A DNA stretch of 64,000 bases from Tubiluchus corallicola (GCA_030141605.1 JAQGDQ010000400.1:148866-212865), one strand, 5' to 3'. Shown: positions 26,568-40,450, counted from the stretch's first letter. The notes: generated from the sequence alone by a model not told the origin. Numbers and translations are program-made.

Positions 26568-29500
26568 TTAATAACCCCTCATGTGATCTTTTTATTAAAA
26601 CGTTCGGCAGGTTTTTTCCTCTTCTCACTTTTAATTGTGCACACTTGACTGAACTACATAATACACGTGCTGGTTATGATAATAGCCACACGCATTATAC
26701 ATAGTTTAATCACCTTACCGTGCCAGTGGGGTTCTATTATTATCTAAGCCACTCTTCCGCGGGCTAATTTTAATCTTTTACGTCTAAAAATAGACTTTTC
26801 GTGTTTGCTAAAAGCGTTTTGCATGAAAATCACGTTTGCAATTCTGGCGTTTCTTCGAGCGTGCGATGTCAGTTTCTAGTTCACATGCATTAAACTTGTC
26901 ACTAGGTGAAAAATATTTACGACATACCAAGAAAATTGGAGAATAAATTTGTCAGAAAACTCGAAAGAATAAAAAATAAATTTTGCGAAATCGAAATTAT
27001 GTATGTAACGAGGTCGAGGCGGTTGTGGTGTGGTTTTTATATTAGTGTGTTATTTTTGCAATCTTTAAAAATAGATGGATCTTAAACCCATCATAGGTAT
27101 ATGCCACTGCTTATGATGTCAGTAAGTGTATGCAAAAACTATTTAGTATGTAATAGGTATCATAGGCGCAGTCATTATTCTGAAGTGCTAGTTTTTTAAA
27201 ACAATTTGCTGTTTATTTATTTGAAGTAAAAGCTTTGGAGCAAGGAGAAAATTTAAGTTTCTGGCAACAAAGTTAATCAGTGCCAGCCCTGGGTTAATAA
27301 ATGGATGTGTGACTGGCGTGAAGCTCGTCTGGCCCTATGTTTGTAGTCTGTGACTTAGTAGTTTTGTAATTGTTGTGAGTTCAAACGTGTTTGTATACAT
27401 TCAGATGAGCTTTGGGTAAAATACATTGCCTTGAGGTGAAGAGACGCGACTGATTACCCATACACCTGTGTAATTCTAATTATGACTATCATGTATTTTT
27501 GAATTTGCCGTGCTAAGCTAATTCTTTACATCATTTGGCTCTTACTCTTCTTAAGGGTGAACAATTATTGCGCAATAAAAATGCATTCGTGGTGTTGTAG
27601 CAGTAATGACATCTCTTTTGCCCTGTATTTAGTCCTTCTAACGCTTTACCATCATATAATGTATAAATTTGTCCTTGCAACACTTTGATTTAGCAAATTT
27701 TTTCACATTAATAAGTTATCCAGCCACAAAGTTGTCCTTGCCATGCATGGGAGAGCATCAAACTTCTACTAATTACTCCACTAAACTGGCTTCCTTTCCA
27801 CGCTGTTACTTGGACATAGTTTCGCCGCGCATCTGAGATTCATACACAAGACTGAGATAACATTCCAACCTCGTGACTCATCAGCAAGCTACATGGCGTC
27901 GCGTTGAAACATCTAGTCGAATCCACCGTCGAAACACTGCTGGCATTTGATGAGTTTTCTCCCGTGTACTTTTCAAACGGGCTTGAGTTGAAAAGTTTGA
28001 ACCCAGCTGCCCGGTGCGTAGTTAGCAGGGGAATTGATGAGAACAGTGTAGGTTGATTGATAGCTCGCAGATGTGGCGCACCGCCGCGCGGTAGTAATTT
28101 ATCTGCTGAGCGCAAGTTTTTTGTTACATATACTCGCTGCGTTTTGTGGCGGCTAAAAGTTTTATAGTCGCATGAAGAGTAAGGTCTCTGAGCGGGCTGC
28201 TGCACGTAAGTGCTGTAAATGTCACTGTTTCTTTGCCTGATTTTATCAAACTTACACAGAAAATCTGTGGAAAGTAATGCACATTAATGCGACGTGTTAA
28301 GAGGATCTTTGTTTGCGCGGGGAACTATATAGCAGTTGACTATATTAAATTTATGCTCTTTGCTGTTTCAGTTTTTAGTATGATTTGTAATTACGTAGTC
28401 GTCCACGTGACCTTGTCTTGCAAGTTACAATACGTTGCAAGGTTCATCTGATACTAATTACACAGACTCGACTTTCATCTACCCCCCCCCCCCTGACTCC
28501 ATAAAACGATTAAAAATGAATTTTTTAAAAAAAAAATATGTAATGTAATACGTGTTATGTTAGTTTTGTAATGTCAAATGTATAAATAGTGTAAATGTAA
28601 TGAGTGAAATTTATGTAATGTAAAGCATGTTTCTGTTAATTGTGTCATGTCAAATGTATATATAGTGTAAAATATGTCATACAAAATTTATTGTACTTTT
28701 GTAATATTGTTTTGTAAAAGTATTTTAATATGATGTTTCTAAACATCTATTGTGTATAATATTATATACAATGTTCATTTATTGTATATAATTAGGCCTT
28801 AGTTTTGCACTTTAGTTTTTTTAGTATGCACTGGACGCATTTGTCTTGAACAGTGTTGTTATTTTAACATTACGCTGAGGCTTACTCAATTTTATTATAA
28901 TGAGTGAACCATTTTAATGACAAATATAGAATATATATATATATATAACAGTTTGCAGTTAGACAATTTAAGTTGCCTGAGTTGCTTTTTGTTTGACTGT
29001 ATGAATTAAAGTAAAACCAACGTGTCTTTCCTTCACATCCTCCAGGATTTAGAATAGCAGACATAACACTAGAATGTGCGCGGAAAAGGTTTAGAGTGGT
29101 GTAATTTATTATAGCCCGTTTGATAAAGTCACCGAGTTGTTTTTCTGTTCGTTTTTAAGTTTTCATGTGCCGGTCATGTCGAATCTCAGACTTGGGTGAT
29201 GATATGGACTTTCTTGTTGAAGTTGTCATTACTTGTTTTGACGTATGCACGACAAATCACAGTCATTAGCGGTAATTTGCCTCCCTTGAAATACTTCATA
29301 TGCCGCTGGGCAGTCTGCTTAGACCTGTTCTACTAAATGTCTGGAGGAATTCTTACTCTCGTCTCAATGAATCGCACTGATGAAGTACCACAAAACATTT
29401 GGCTCTCCGCCTAGTCTGTTTTTATCAGAAGTCAAATTGCCTGAAAGGACAGGTTTTCGTCGAGCGATTGAACGTTTCGCTTTTAATAAGCATAGCAGCT

Positions 29501-30149
29501 TTCGACTAACTACTATTGTATTGTCAGCACTATTAGAGTCATTAGTCATTAGTGCATATCTTTGCCTAGGTAATCCTGTACTACTTTGCTACCATTTCTC
29601 TTGTATGGTATTCATTATTTGAAATTTTACAAGGTAATCCATGTTGGTTGATTGAAACTCCTTTCTTTTCTGTGGGATCTTATTTGTTACACGTTTTGTG
29701 AATTTTTACTCCTGATTTAGTGTTCAATAATTTTAATCATTGCGTCGGTGATTAAATATTTGTTGATTAATATTCGTTTGTCTATGTTTTTTCAGACTGC
29801 ACTCTTGTTTTTGCAGTTTTAGAGATAGAAAGTTTAGAGTTTTGCATCAGTGGTGGACAGTTCCAAGTTTTCCCCGAATTTATGGGAATAAAGGTATTTG
29901 GCCAATGAGGTCAGCAGTGAAAGTCAGAGGTCATGAGACTCTTGCTGGACTCTAAATATGGACTATCCCGTAAATTCTCTTTTGTTCTAATTTTGTGGGA
30001 AATGTTGAAGCTTCAAACAATTTATCCAGATCTTAGCGCACTAGCCTAATGTTGATGATGATTACAGCAGGGTTCGAGCTAAGCTAATTATTGGAATTAT
30101 TTTTTTGAGATGAGAAACTGAACTTATGGAAATGTTTTAGCTGGTGGAA

Positions 30150-30296
30150 ATTTGGATGTTTGTACATTCTTCCTCAATAAGCTGGGCAGTATGGCAGAGA
30201 ATGCCGTCCAACAGCAGCATAAATCCAGTTATCCTCCAGACACCATGCTGCTTAACTTCATAGCTGTGCACATACCATTACCACTCGGCTATTCCT
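30150..30296 (-). mobile_element. Degenerate SINE with tRNA A-box head and 5S-rRNA-like segment
   Basis: Minus strand reads tagccgagtggtaa ... gaagttaagcagcatggtgtctggaggataactggat, similar to the 5S segment GAAGCTAAGCAGGGTCGGGCCTGGTTAGTACTTGGAT. Confidence 0.45.
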
Positions 30297-31532
30297 CTCC
30301 TTAAGTAGGCTCTAAACTAGTAATTATGGGATACGCATCTTGTTGTTTTAAATTCTTGATGATGACAAGCAGTTTATCCTTTTTGTGGGTTTTACTGCTT
30401 TCAGTGTGCGAATGTAATGGCATGGGCACCTGGGGCTACTTGTCAGTTCCCATGGCAACTGAGTGCATGTCACAGCTTCTTTTCGCATTTCTCTGTCTTT
30501 ATATTGGGTACACTAAATGTCATAATGTGATAAACCTTGGCTAATAATGCCTACTTGGTTGCATTATTGAGTGCACAGTTGTGGATCATGTGTGGCTCTG
30601 TCTGTTAATCCTCGCCTAATCATATAGGTAGATGTAGAAGCCAGTGCTGTTAAAACCTTAATATGATGATTGCTTACCAATTGAATGTTCTTACTTAGTG
30701 GTTTCGTTGCCATTTTAACTATTTGTCCACAAATACATCGCTGAATCTTTTTTTGTAAATTTATGCTTTCTTTCAAAATTATTTTCATTGTTTCATTTGA
30801 TGCTCGAAAACTCCTAACGCAATTTATACTGGTAAATTTAATGGAAGGGAGAGACCGTTCTGTGTGCAATTGATACTGGGTCTGGCTTTGATCTAGGTTT
30901 TCTTGTGCTAACCTTATCCAGTATTTCTCTATTTACAACTAGTGTGGCACATACTCTATCCATTTCTAGCTGCCACGCAAAAGAATAAATAACAGTGGCA
31001 TACAAAAATTCATTTTTAGCTTTTTTGTTGACTGTATGACAATTTTAAGGTATCTGTACGGTTCTTTATAAAAATACCATATGAACAACTGACTCATGTT
31101 TCTTATTGTATTTACAGGAACGGTCTTGACTAGATTAAATCAAGTCTGAAATGGTTACTTAAAGCTTAACTTTGAGATTACATTATACAGTACGCACTCC
31201 TTACAATCCTTTTGCATTGAGGTTTCCGTTTACCGAAATATCTTTCCTTGTCGTCTGTAACATGGCTACTTTTCATTTCCAAATCTAAACTTTCTATGCC
31301 AGTCAAAGTCTCTGGTTATAATTAATTTTAGTATTGTGGTTTCAGATGCTGGAGCTGCTTGGGTCTGTGGAATGTAAGACTATGTCTGCACTTCAACCAC
31401 TTCAACACCATCATTGGCTTCTGTCAGTTTCAATCCTCAGTTGTAGGTCAATTTAATGCCATGTGACAACTCTTGCGTGACCTAGATAAACTGATGTGTA
31501 AACTAAGAGGGTTTCTTCTTCTTTGTTTCTAG

Positions 31533-31700
31533 TTGTTAAACAAGAAGGAAAACAAGGGATGTGATTCGCCAGCATCAGAACCGGAGCAAACGTATGTGTT
31601 AACGCCACGCACAGAGGAAAAATACAACAAGATCAATGAAGAATTTGATATGATGATACGAAATAACAATTTAACAGCAGCAGCGCAACGAGTTAATGCT
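31533..31700 (+). CDS. MEF2: Mef2 coding exon 3 (alpha-type exon, HJURP_C-like domain)
   Basis: Long pyrimidine tract + tag acceptor, 168 nt, phase 0-0, gtaagt donor; LLNKKENKGCDSPASEPEQTYVLTPRTEEKYNKINEEFDMMIRNNNLTAAAQRVNA. Confidence 0.96.
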
Positions 31701-33156
31701 GTAAGTAACATAGAGGTCCTCATTTAGAGTGTGCGTTGCGTTGGTCCTCATTCAATGGCCGTCACGCTTTTCCGATGAGCATAACCTGTACAGGAAGCAA
31801 AGAATTGTTAGTATCGATGTAAGTCTTATATTGCTCAAAGCAAAAGATAAGTTTCGATGGAAGTTCGGGTCACATTAATATTTGAGAAAAATGTTAGAAA
31901 GTTTCGTAATATAATTGTGATACGCGCCTCGTGTAACTAGTAAAATCACTTTAAAGTCGCGATAACTTTGGACACACTTATTTTGAATGAAAAATGGTGT
32001 CATCTGGTTACCATGTAATATAAACACTTATCCCGCCAGGTGCCTGAGCGAACTTTTTTTGCCATTACTATTATCAACTACAAACAATCCAAAAGTTAAA
32101 CGAGAGATTATTAGTTCTATTTTTTGCTTATTGATGAATAACTTTGTCCACTATGTATTATGTAATGAAAACCAGTTATCAATGGTAATATAATAATCCT
32201 CAACTCTGCTAGTTAACACTGACAAAGTAACAGAATCATTTTAGCAAGCTAAAAATGAACTCTGTGATCCTTGCAGAAGTCCATACTTATGTGTAATTGT
32301 AATGTGTAGTACTTGTAATGCATTCTGAGGTATAGTCCTGTGGATTAAAGCTATGCGAGCAAGTTATCGATAAATTTTTACATAAACACAAAGATTTAGT
32401 CAACATGAATAGTCAACTTTGTTATGCATGTCTTCAGGTTGTCCACCAGCTTACGGCATTTTGTTTCAAATGTGCCCTTTTGTGAGGTTCATTTGGCGAC
32501 AGATATTAGTGATATAAATTTCTTTTGCATTTTTAAGCAAGTCACTTCATGCACGTATATTATATGGTACTTTCAGTATTTATAAGTGCATGGTAAAATA
32601 CAATGAATGTAATTCAGGTGTTAATTTTTCCTTTAAATAATTCGTTTTTGGAAAAAGACTAAATGAACCAAAAGCGATGAAGTCTTCGCTTTATCTTTTT
32701 CCTTTGCTGACTCTATAGCATTGTTTCTTTACTCCGAAGAATTAACAAAAGTTCAAAGTTACGCCTATTTTTGTTGATTGAGTAACTCAATTTGAGTATT
32801 AGGTCCTGCGTACATGGAAAATTCCGTCTGTTGACCGCTTGGTTTAGTTAGAAACGCTAAACTGACACAGTTCCAAGTTTCAATTCATACTTGAATGTTT
32901 TTCTCACTTCTGGTTGCGAGTTCAGCCACTTTCCTCCAAGTATTTTGACACAATGTACACAGTAAAGCAATATGGAGTCTAGTATCAAGAGCTAACAATG
33001 GCTGGAGACACATAATTTGCTTGATGCACTAAGAGATGCACATAGAGATGAGCCCGTGTAGTCAAGCATGTTAGCTTTCAATATATATAACTGAATTGAT
33101 TTTTGATTATTTCTGCAAAATTGTGAAAAGTGTTTTCTATGAGATACGGTTGTAAC

Positions 33157-33354
33157 TTTTGAAGTTTCAGAAGAAAAATCCAACGATTACCGTAGAAAAT
33201 CTCATTGTTTTGAGATACAGTTATGACTTTCGAAGTTTCAGAAGAAAAATCCAACAATTACCGTAGAAAATCTCATTGTTTTGAGATACAGTTATGACTT
33301 TTGAAGTTTCAGAACAACAATCCAGCAATTACCGTAGAAAATCTCATTGTTTTG
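33157..33354. repeat. Tandem repeat, ~74-bp unit, ~2.7 copies
   Basis: ttttgaagtttcagaagaaaaatccaac.attaccgtagaaaatctcattgttttgagatacagttatgac repeated. Confidence 0.88.
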
Positions 33355-34604
33355 ACGCTTCAAGGTCATCTGTTACTTTACTTTTGTACGTTCACGCAGA
33401 CGGTGTATAGTTCGTATATTCTGGTCTGTTTCTACTGCAATCATATTTTCAATCCCACAATGATTTTAATAACAATCTTATAAATCATTGATTGTAAGAA
33501 GAAAGAACCTCTAGAGATTTGATATAATTTACCTGATGGCCGCATACAGCCGTGTTGCACCAATAAAACGGCCACACCTCGTCAATTATTCATGACCTCT
33601 ACCTGAAAAATTACTATTTCATGATCGAATTAATATAATAACTCGCCTGATTCATTGTGCCTTGATTTGCTATAAATAAATAATTATTTTCTGATCGACG
33701 CGGATATATTATTGATGGGCTCTTTGGCCCGGCAGATGTGACTCAGATAATTAAATGTAAAAAATAATGCCAAGGTGTATGGCGGCTTTGCGATTGTCGT
33801 AAAGTATATTATATTGCTGCAATGAAAGATAGATGCCAGGGCTTATCGTAAGTTAATGTATTAAATGCGGAACGTTAAGTTGATTGAGAAAAGCTTTGTC
33901 GCTTGATGTTGCATTGTCCTCGCTTTGCTTTTTGTGTGTAAATAATGAATGAACAGCTAGTTGAGTACCTCGTTGATGCTGACTGACTGGGTTTTTTTTC
34001 AAATGCTTGTGCAAAACAATTCAGTTTAGTTCAGTTCATTTATGTATTTATTGCTTCAGAAAATGCGTTGGAAGTTTGTACCCGTTTCAGATGTGCAGTT
34101 GATTATGACTGTTAACAGTCGAGTATAAGTGTTATGTCCCATTCTTCCACGAATACCATGCTTTTTATAATATGCCATTAGCCCATTACAATGTGCTTGA
34201 AGCACTTGTGTCGCCACCTATGCATCAAATTATTGCTGAATAATTGGAGTTAGTATACTTTAAGGATGTTATTGTTTAGCTGTTAAAATCCCATGTTTCC
34301 TTTTTTGTAATTATTTATTATTTTTTATTTATTTATTTATTTATTTTTTGTAATAAGACAAGAGAAACGTGCGTCTGTGTAGTTACCGACATAATCTAAA
34401 GCTTTACTCGAGCTAACCTTACTACCATGTTTTATAAATTAGCCCGAGGAAGACATTCAATAGGCCTAGTGTGCTTAGCGTCTGAAGATAAGCAACACTG
34501 TGCCTGGCTAATAAATGGATTGATGATAAGCAAGAAAATTGCTTTTCAGCGATTTAATTTTCTTTAAATTGCTTTTCATTGCTTCAGAAAATTGCTTTTC
34601 AACT

Positions 34605-34875
34605 ATCGGAGGGTTTAGTCGAGTAGTAACGCGTCCGCTTTCCATCTGGGAGATCGCGAGTTCAATACAGCGGCCGGGTCATACCAAAGACTTTAAAAAT
34701 GGTACCTGTTGTTACCCTGCTTTTGCGTGGTATTTAAAGTGGTGTAATAATTGTTTCTGTTATGCAGTTGTAGGTTGTTATTTGCAGTCGGCTCAAAAAA
34801 GCGCTTTGGACCTTATGATAATTGTTCATCCAAAAAGCCGACTTTAAATAAAGATTATCATTATTATTATAATTA
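34605..34875 (+). mobile_element. tRNA-derived SINE, copy 2
   Basis: Homologous to 6127-6410; B-box-like GAGTTCAATAC; (ATT)n tail. Confidence 0.85.
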
Positions 34876-35065
34876 TTTGTTGTATGTCGACTCTAGCTAC
34901 GCCTTTCGTTGAGGTACATCCGAGCATCATCATCATCATCATCATCCGAGCATATCATCATCGGTTTGCTAACTCTTTTTAGAGAACTTTTTGATGACGA
35001 ATGTTATATTGACCTTCAAAAATTAATTTTAATTTAATTGATTTAGGTGTGCATTTGCTAATGAA

Positions 35066-35597
35066 AGGAAAACCGAATGATTGTGTAAACATTAGTTCAG
35101 AATAAAGAATGCTCCAAAATATTGAAAACTACAATAGCTTTTTTTAAGTCAAAGCTTAGATTAAATAATAATTACCTCGGATACTCAAATATTGTTAAAC
35201 TTTCAAAGCTGCGCTCGGCTCAGTGAATCTACTAAGATTAGCAGCGGCGCCTTTTTGTCGCATTCGCGTGGCCGATAAATAGAAGGCTGTACCGTGATAA
35301 GCCTGCAGCGTTAGTTTCTGACGTCATATGATGTAGAACCCATTTTCGTGACATCACGCGTTTAAACAGTAACACTTACGCAAATGTGCTTGATGCGCAA
35401 CGGAAGATGCCTGCCATTGCACAAACTGTGGTTAGTTTCTGACGTAAGCAATAGCTGTGTTCGGTTGCCGTTAATTAACTTTCTAAGCTAATTATTCAAA
35501 TATAAGGAACAATTATTAACTTTTACAGGCAAGAAAATGTATATTTTGGACAGCAAATTAAAATGAGATCGAGTCCAAACAATCGTCCGGTTTTCCT
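35066..35597. mobile_element. Kolobok-like MITE, copy 2 (inverted relative to 26019-26567)
   Basis: Reverse complement of copy 1 over ~530 bp; termini AGGAAAACCG...CCGGTTTTCCT|TTAA. Confidence 0.8.
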
Positions 35598-37915
35598 TTA
35601 ACAAAAGGATCTCAGTAGGATAGTGTTGCCAGAAGCAGACAGCAAGTTGAAAGTTGAGCTTTTATTGGCATATTCTACGCTTTATTAATTGGGCTCCCTG
35701 TTAAATATTACACACTGCAGTTAGACATAGATTCTGTGGGTTAAGTAAGGACAGTCTACTCGTGTTTCCATCTGGGACACTTTTCCCAATGGAATTTTCC
35801 CTCACATGCGCTCAAGGGCGGCGTGGTCATTTGTGTGGCCGCTGTGCGCAGTGAAAACGTTTAAGCGCCTGTGATGATGATGATGTTGATGATGATGATG
35901 AATGGTGCTGCCATGCCAGAATGTGCTCTCAGTATCAGTTTTACACAACACTGGGCCACATGTGCTTCTCAGATGTCATACATCTAGCAGGAAGTTGTAA
36001 CCGGAGGAGGTGCGGCCATGGACGCTGGTACTGTACTGTATACACTGGCTTCAGAAGCCATATGCTCACGCGCTCACGTCTTATTAACTCGTTCCTTATT
36101 TCACTGATTACGTTAAGACCAGGCTGCTCTGGGTTTCATCGCTTAAACATTCATGGCTCACTGATTTTAGCGAGTATACATTCTTAGCAATCTCGTAACT
36201 GTCATAGGTCAAGTAGCTTGTCTAAGATTTTGTAAATAGTTTTAACATTCAGTTTTCGTACGGTTTTTGCATACTTGCTTGTTCTACAATATTGTCAAAT
36301 AAGAAAAATCGTGCGTAGTATTTTTGGTGCACGTAGGTGGTTGCACTTACAGCACAGGTATGTCCTTCATTGGCTATTAATTGTGAATATTTTATGTTTT
36401 TTTCTTTTTGCACGGCGTTCGTGTTTTTAAAGGACTCGCATTTTTTAACTTTAGTTTTCCGTCTTGTTGAAGTTGGCTTCCCTAGCTGCACTAGGCCAAA
36501 CATTGTCGTCAATTTCTTTCAAAAACCATCTTCAAATTGATGTGTTGGTTTTCGTTATGGGTCGAAAATTGCAGATCCCAAAGTTTTTCCCTTGATAGTT
36601 TACACAGGTTTACTTGGGTGGTAAGGCTAGTTCACATATCTTGTTCATACGTAAGCGTCATTGATCATCTGCTCTTTCCGTGGCCTCCTGTTAGTTATTG
36701 TGATTAATTTTTGTTGCAACTAACGGGTTGTACATAAACTTGATATGCAAGGTACATAAACACCATTTTTTCGCAATTAAAATAACAAACTTGTGAATTT
36801 TTTCCCATTATTTCCTAGTTGCTGTATGTCTTTTGCTTTGCGCATTGGTTTTGCCTAGCCTAGAATTAACTAACACGAAGATTAACAGATAACATCATAA
36901 TATCAACGTAAAAATACGTGGATACATGTATGTATATTCATCACAACTTCTGTTACTAATTCTAAGCACTAAAGACCAGAAAAAACGTTTAAACTAAGGA
37001 AGTGAAACACGACTTGAAAATCAGAAGCTTAAAATTTATCCTACTAAAACTCGTTTCACTCCAGTTAATAAGATGTAACTCCGTGCGAAAGACACGAATA
37101 ATAGATTTTATTTGGCAAGGTTCCAAGAAAGTGGTGACGTAGTACAGAAGGCTTAGTACTGCCTAATCTCTACTGCCACTTGATTTCACTTTGTAAAACT
37201 CGCCTCCCCGCTAATTAGTGTATAGCCTTTAGAGTTCAGACAGAACTATGGGAAAGAGACTATGAACGTATTGATTTCGTGAAGAGTATCGAGTATATTT
37301 TATCCGCCGTAGTTAATTAACGACAAACAGCGGTCTAGCGCGCTGTATACCTGTTAGCTAAGCGTATGTATCCTTTCTATTGACGTCATAGCACATTCTC
37401 TACCCTCATAGCTCTGTGCGGGAAATGGTTTTGAAGTTTTTAATGCATTGGCAGCGTCCCATGGAGATATTCTAAATAGTTCTACGGTTTCTACCATCAG
37501 AACGTTTGTGGGGGTGTGCGTTATTATCATTGATCCTGTTGTGTTGCTATACAAAACTTGCATCTCGTGAGTAATGACCACAGTCAAAGCCACTTTGAAA
37601 AGTGACCAATAGTCAGTTTCAGTAGAGAAGCCACTTGGTCATTGTATTTATATTGCAGCGTTTGTACTGCAGCGTTAAACACGTCTTCGTAGAATATATT
37701 GTGCGTAAACCAAGCACGACTCAGTTTTAGACATTAAACAGTGTCTAACGGTTACTTTGGGCCAAATCATGACATACACGATATTATAATTACAAAAAAA
37801 GGTGCACAAATGAGAAACAATGAGTACAGATAGTAGCTGTTTATTTTTCATCTAGACCCTGAGAGCTTTAAAATACGCTCTCAAATACAAATTTTTGTGA
37901 CGTTGTACTCTTTAA

Positions 37916-39514
37916 AGGACAACAAAAGGGGTACCTGAAGTAGGTTTCAGAAAAAATCGCCTTAAAAATTATATTACTTTACGGAAATTTTATGCACATA
38001 TCGTATTCGCGTTGAAAGGAATTTTTGTTTGTTTTCATTTTAAATCTCCCACAATACTGTTCCGACGGCGCCATTACATGACGTCACTAAAATACGTAAA
38101 TCAGGGGACGAAAAGAAAATGTTAAATTATGTCCCAAAAAAACTTTCCATGCAAATCTATATTACTTAGCATTTCACTTACCTGCTGGAAAGAATTATGT
38201 AACTAGACTAATAATTTAAAATGCTTGTGCTAATTGGTAAAATGTCACTGACTCACCCTCCAGGGTGCGCCACTTGCTAGCCAAAAACGTATTTTTAATC
38301 TTATTGACAAGATACAATAATTTAAAATTTTACTCAGTTAGTAACATGTGAGCTACGAATGCTCTGGTTATTTTTTCAAACTTTACAAAATGTTATCTAA
38401 ACTTGTTTCAAATGACCTGCTGTCAAAATGGCTGCGCCTAACGGTCATCGCGGGAGCTTAAATTTACACATTTTATACAGCGTTATGGCATAGGCAAGCC
38501 ATGCATACGAAAAGGTAGTATGTAAATGGTATAAAATTTCGAGACGAATTTTTTAAGCTTTGTGTAAGTGGAGTGTTTTCTTGTGCTTTAAATTAGTACT
38601 ATACATGCATAGGAGGTGATTAGTGAAAACCGTGAAATATATATTTTAAATTTGTGTTGTAATATTAAACAGGCAGTTAAGAAACAGCTCGTTGTGGATT
38701 TCCACTCTTGAGCAAATCAAAGATAAACCGTTTGAAGTGAAAGTGGTTCGGGCATTTAGTATCGTTATTTCTTCTTTTTTCTGTATTTTTTCGATCTTCA
38801 CAAGCTGATCAGTACGGAGCAGGTTGTCGACAAAAACTGCTTCCGCCAAGAAGAATGTGTGAACACTGGTGGTAAAATGGAAACCACAGTTTGCAAGCAT
38901 TTGAGTGAAATGTAACTATGCGAACATTCGTCTTGGCATTTAAAAGCTGTACGAGACTACAACATGCCGACAGTTACATTACAAAATATTTGAAAAGTGG
39001 TTTTGAAGCGAGTTTTTTTTTGCAACAGTTTCAGAAACTGGAACCTTACAAGCATAAACTGCCATCGTGTAGCTTGAATATCGTTATTAACACATACGTG
39101 ATAGGAAGGATTGTTCGTTATAATTTAGTACATGTGACTTTAGTGAGTGGCGCACCCTGGAGTTTGAGTCGACGACATTTTACCAATTGGTGAAAACATT
39201 TTAAATAATTAATAATTTTCTTTTTTAGTTACATAAGTCTTTCTAGCAGGTAAGCGAAAATCTAAGTAATATAGATTTGCAAGGAAAGTCTTTTAGGATA
39301 TAATTTAACATTGCCTTTTCTTCCCTTGATTTACGTTTGGTACATGACGTCATGTAATGGCGCCTTCGGAACAGTATTGCGGGAGATTTAAAATGAAAAC
39401 AAACTAAAATGCCTTTCAGTGCGAGTAAGATATACGCATAAAATTGCTATAAAGTAATATAATTTTTAAGGCGATTTTTCTGAAACCTACTTCAGGTATC
39501 CCTTTTCTTGTCCT
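37916..39514. mobile_element. 1.6-kb non-autonomous Kolobok-like element with ~370-bp TIRs
   Basis: TTAA|AGGACAA...TTGTCCT|TTAA; arms 37916-38280 and 39140-39514 are reverse complements; no transposase ORF. Confidence 0.85.
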
Positions 39515-40300
39515 TTAAGGAGTATCTGACCTGGTCATTAGATTTTGAAAAACTGGCTTCACCTGACATATACTGCATGTGGTGTTTCTCTTGTTGAGGG
39601 AGGGTCACATGCGAACAGGGTTAAAGCAACTTGCTAGATGACACTTCTGTGAGGATTATCATTGATAACGAGCTAAATTCCGGTCCCACTACAGTCATGT
39701 ACGGTCTCTGTACTGCGCGCTGGAACTCGGCTTAATGAGTGCTGACTTGTATTAAAATGATTTAATGCTATTAGTATGAGCGCTCAAATTGTTGACCTTG
39801 GCAGCAGGGGTCCATTTCATCTATGACGTAAGCGTATGGGGAAAATTTGCTAATTAGTTTTAGCTGTCGGTGAAATTCGCAGGTGAAAAAGTTAGAGAAA
39901 TCCGTTGGTAATTTGCTCCTAGTGGCTCACGATGCGAAAGCCCATGAAATGTTGTTGTATGACGTCAGAAACCTGTATTGTTAATCACTATTTCAAGTTA
40001 GGAAACACGTAATGCCGTGCATTATATCGGAAAGCTAATAAGTGACACAATTCGTTGTGAAGCCGCTTAGCTTTTTCCTGCCGTTGTTCTATAAACAAGA
40101 TGATTTGTACAACGTAATTATTCTAGTAGCTATACTAAGTTGTTCATCTAGGTTCTTAGAAGTGTTCCTTAGAAAATAATGTCTTTTCCATTACGGTATA
40201 GAACATTAAAGTAAAGTAAAGTAAAAAAAATTATTTGTCTCTGAATGTTACAAAATGAACATAAGAAAAGCTAAAAACTAAAATAAAGACGGAAAAGAGA

Positions 40301-40450
40301 CGGGGTGGGGAAAAGACCAAGGGTCACCAAGTCAACCACCCCTATCCAAACTGAAGAAAATTGAGTGACCTTTCAGATGGGGTGGGGAAAAGACCAAGGG
40401 TCACCAAGTCAACCACCCCTATCCAAACTGAAGAAAATTAAGTGACCTGT
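40301..40450. repeat. Tandem duplication, ~77 bp x2
   Basis: ggggtggggaaaagaccaagggtcaccaagtcaaccacccctatccaaactgaagaaaatt.agtgacct repeated. Confidence 0.88.

Noticed and set aside
27840-28205. 121-aa minus-strand ORF (also the 123-aa ORF at 60718-61089)
   Set aside because: No recognisable domain or splice support; explained by local GC richness or overlap with a MITE.
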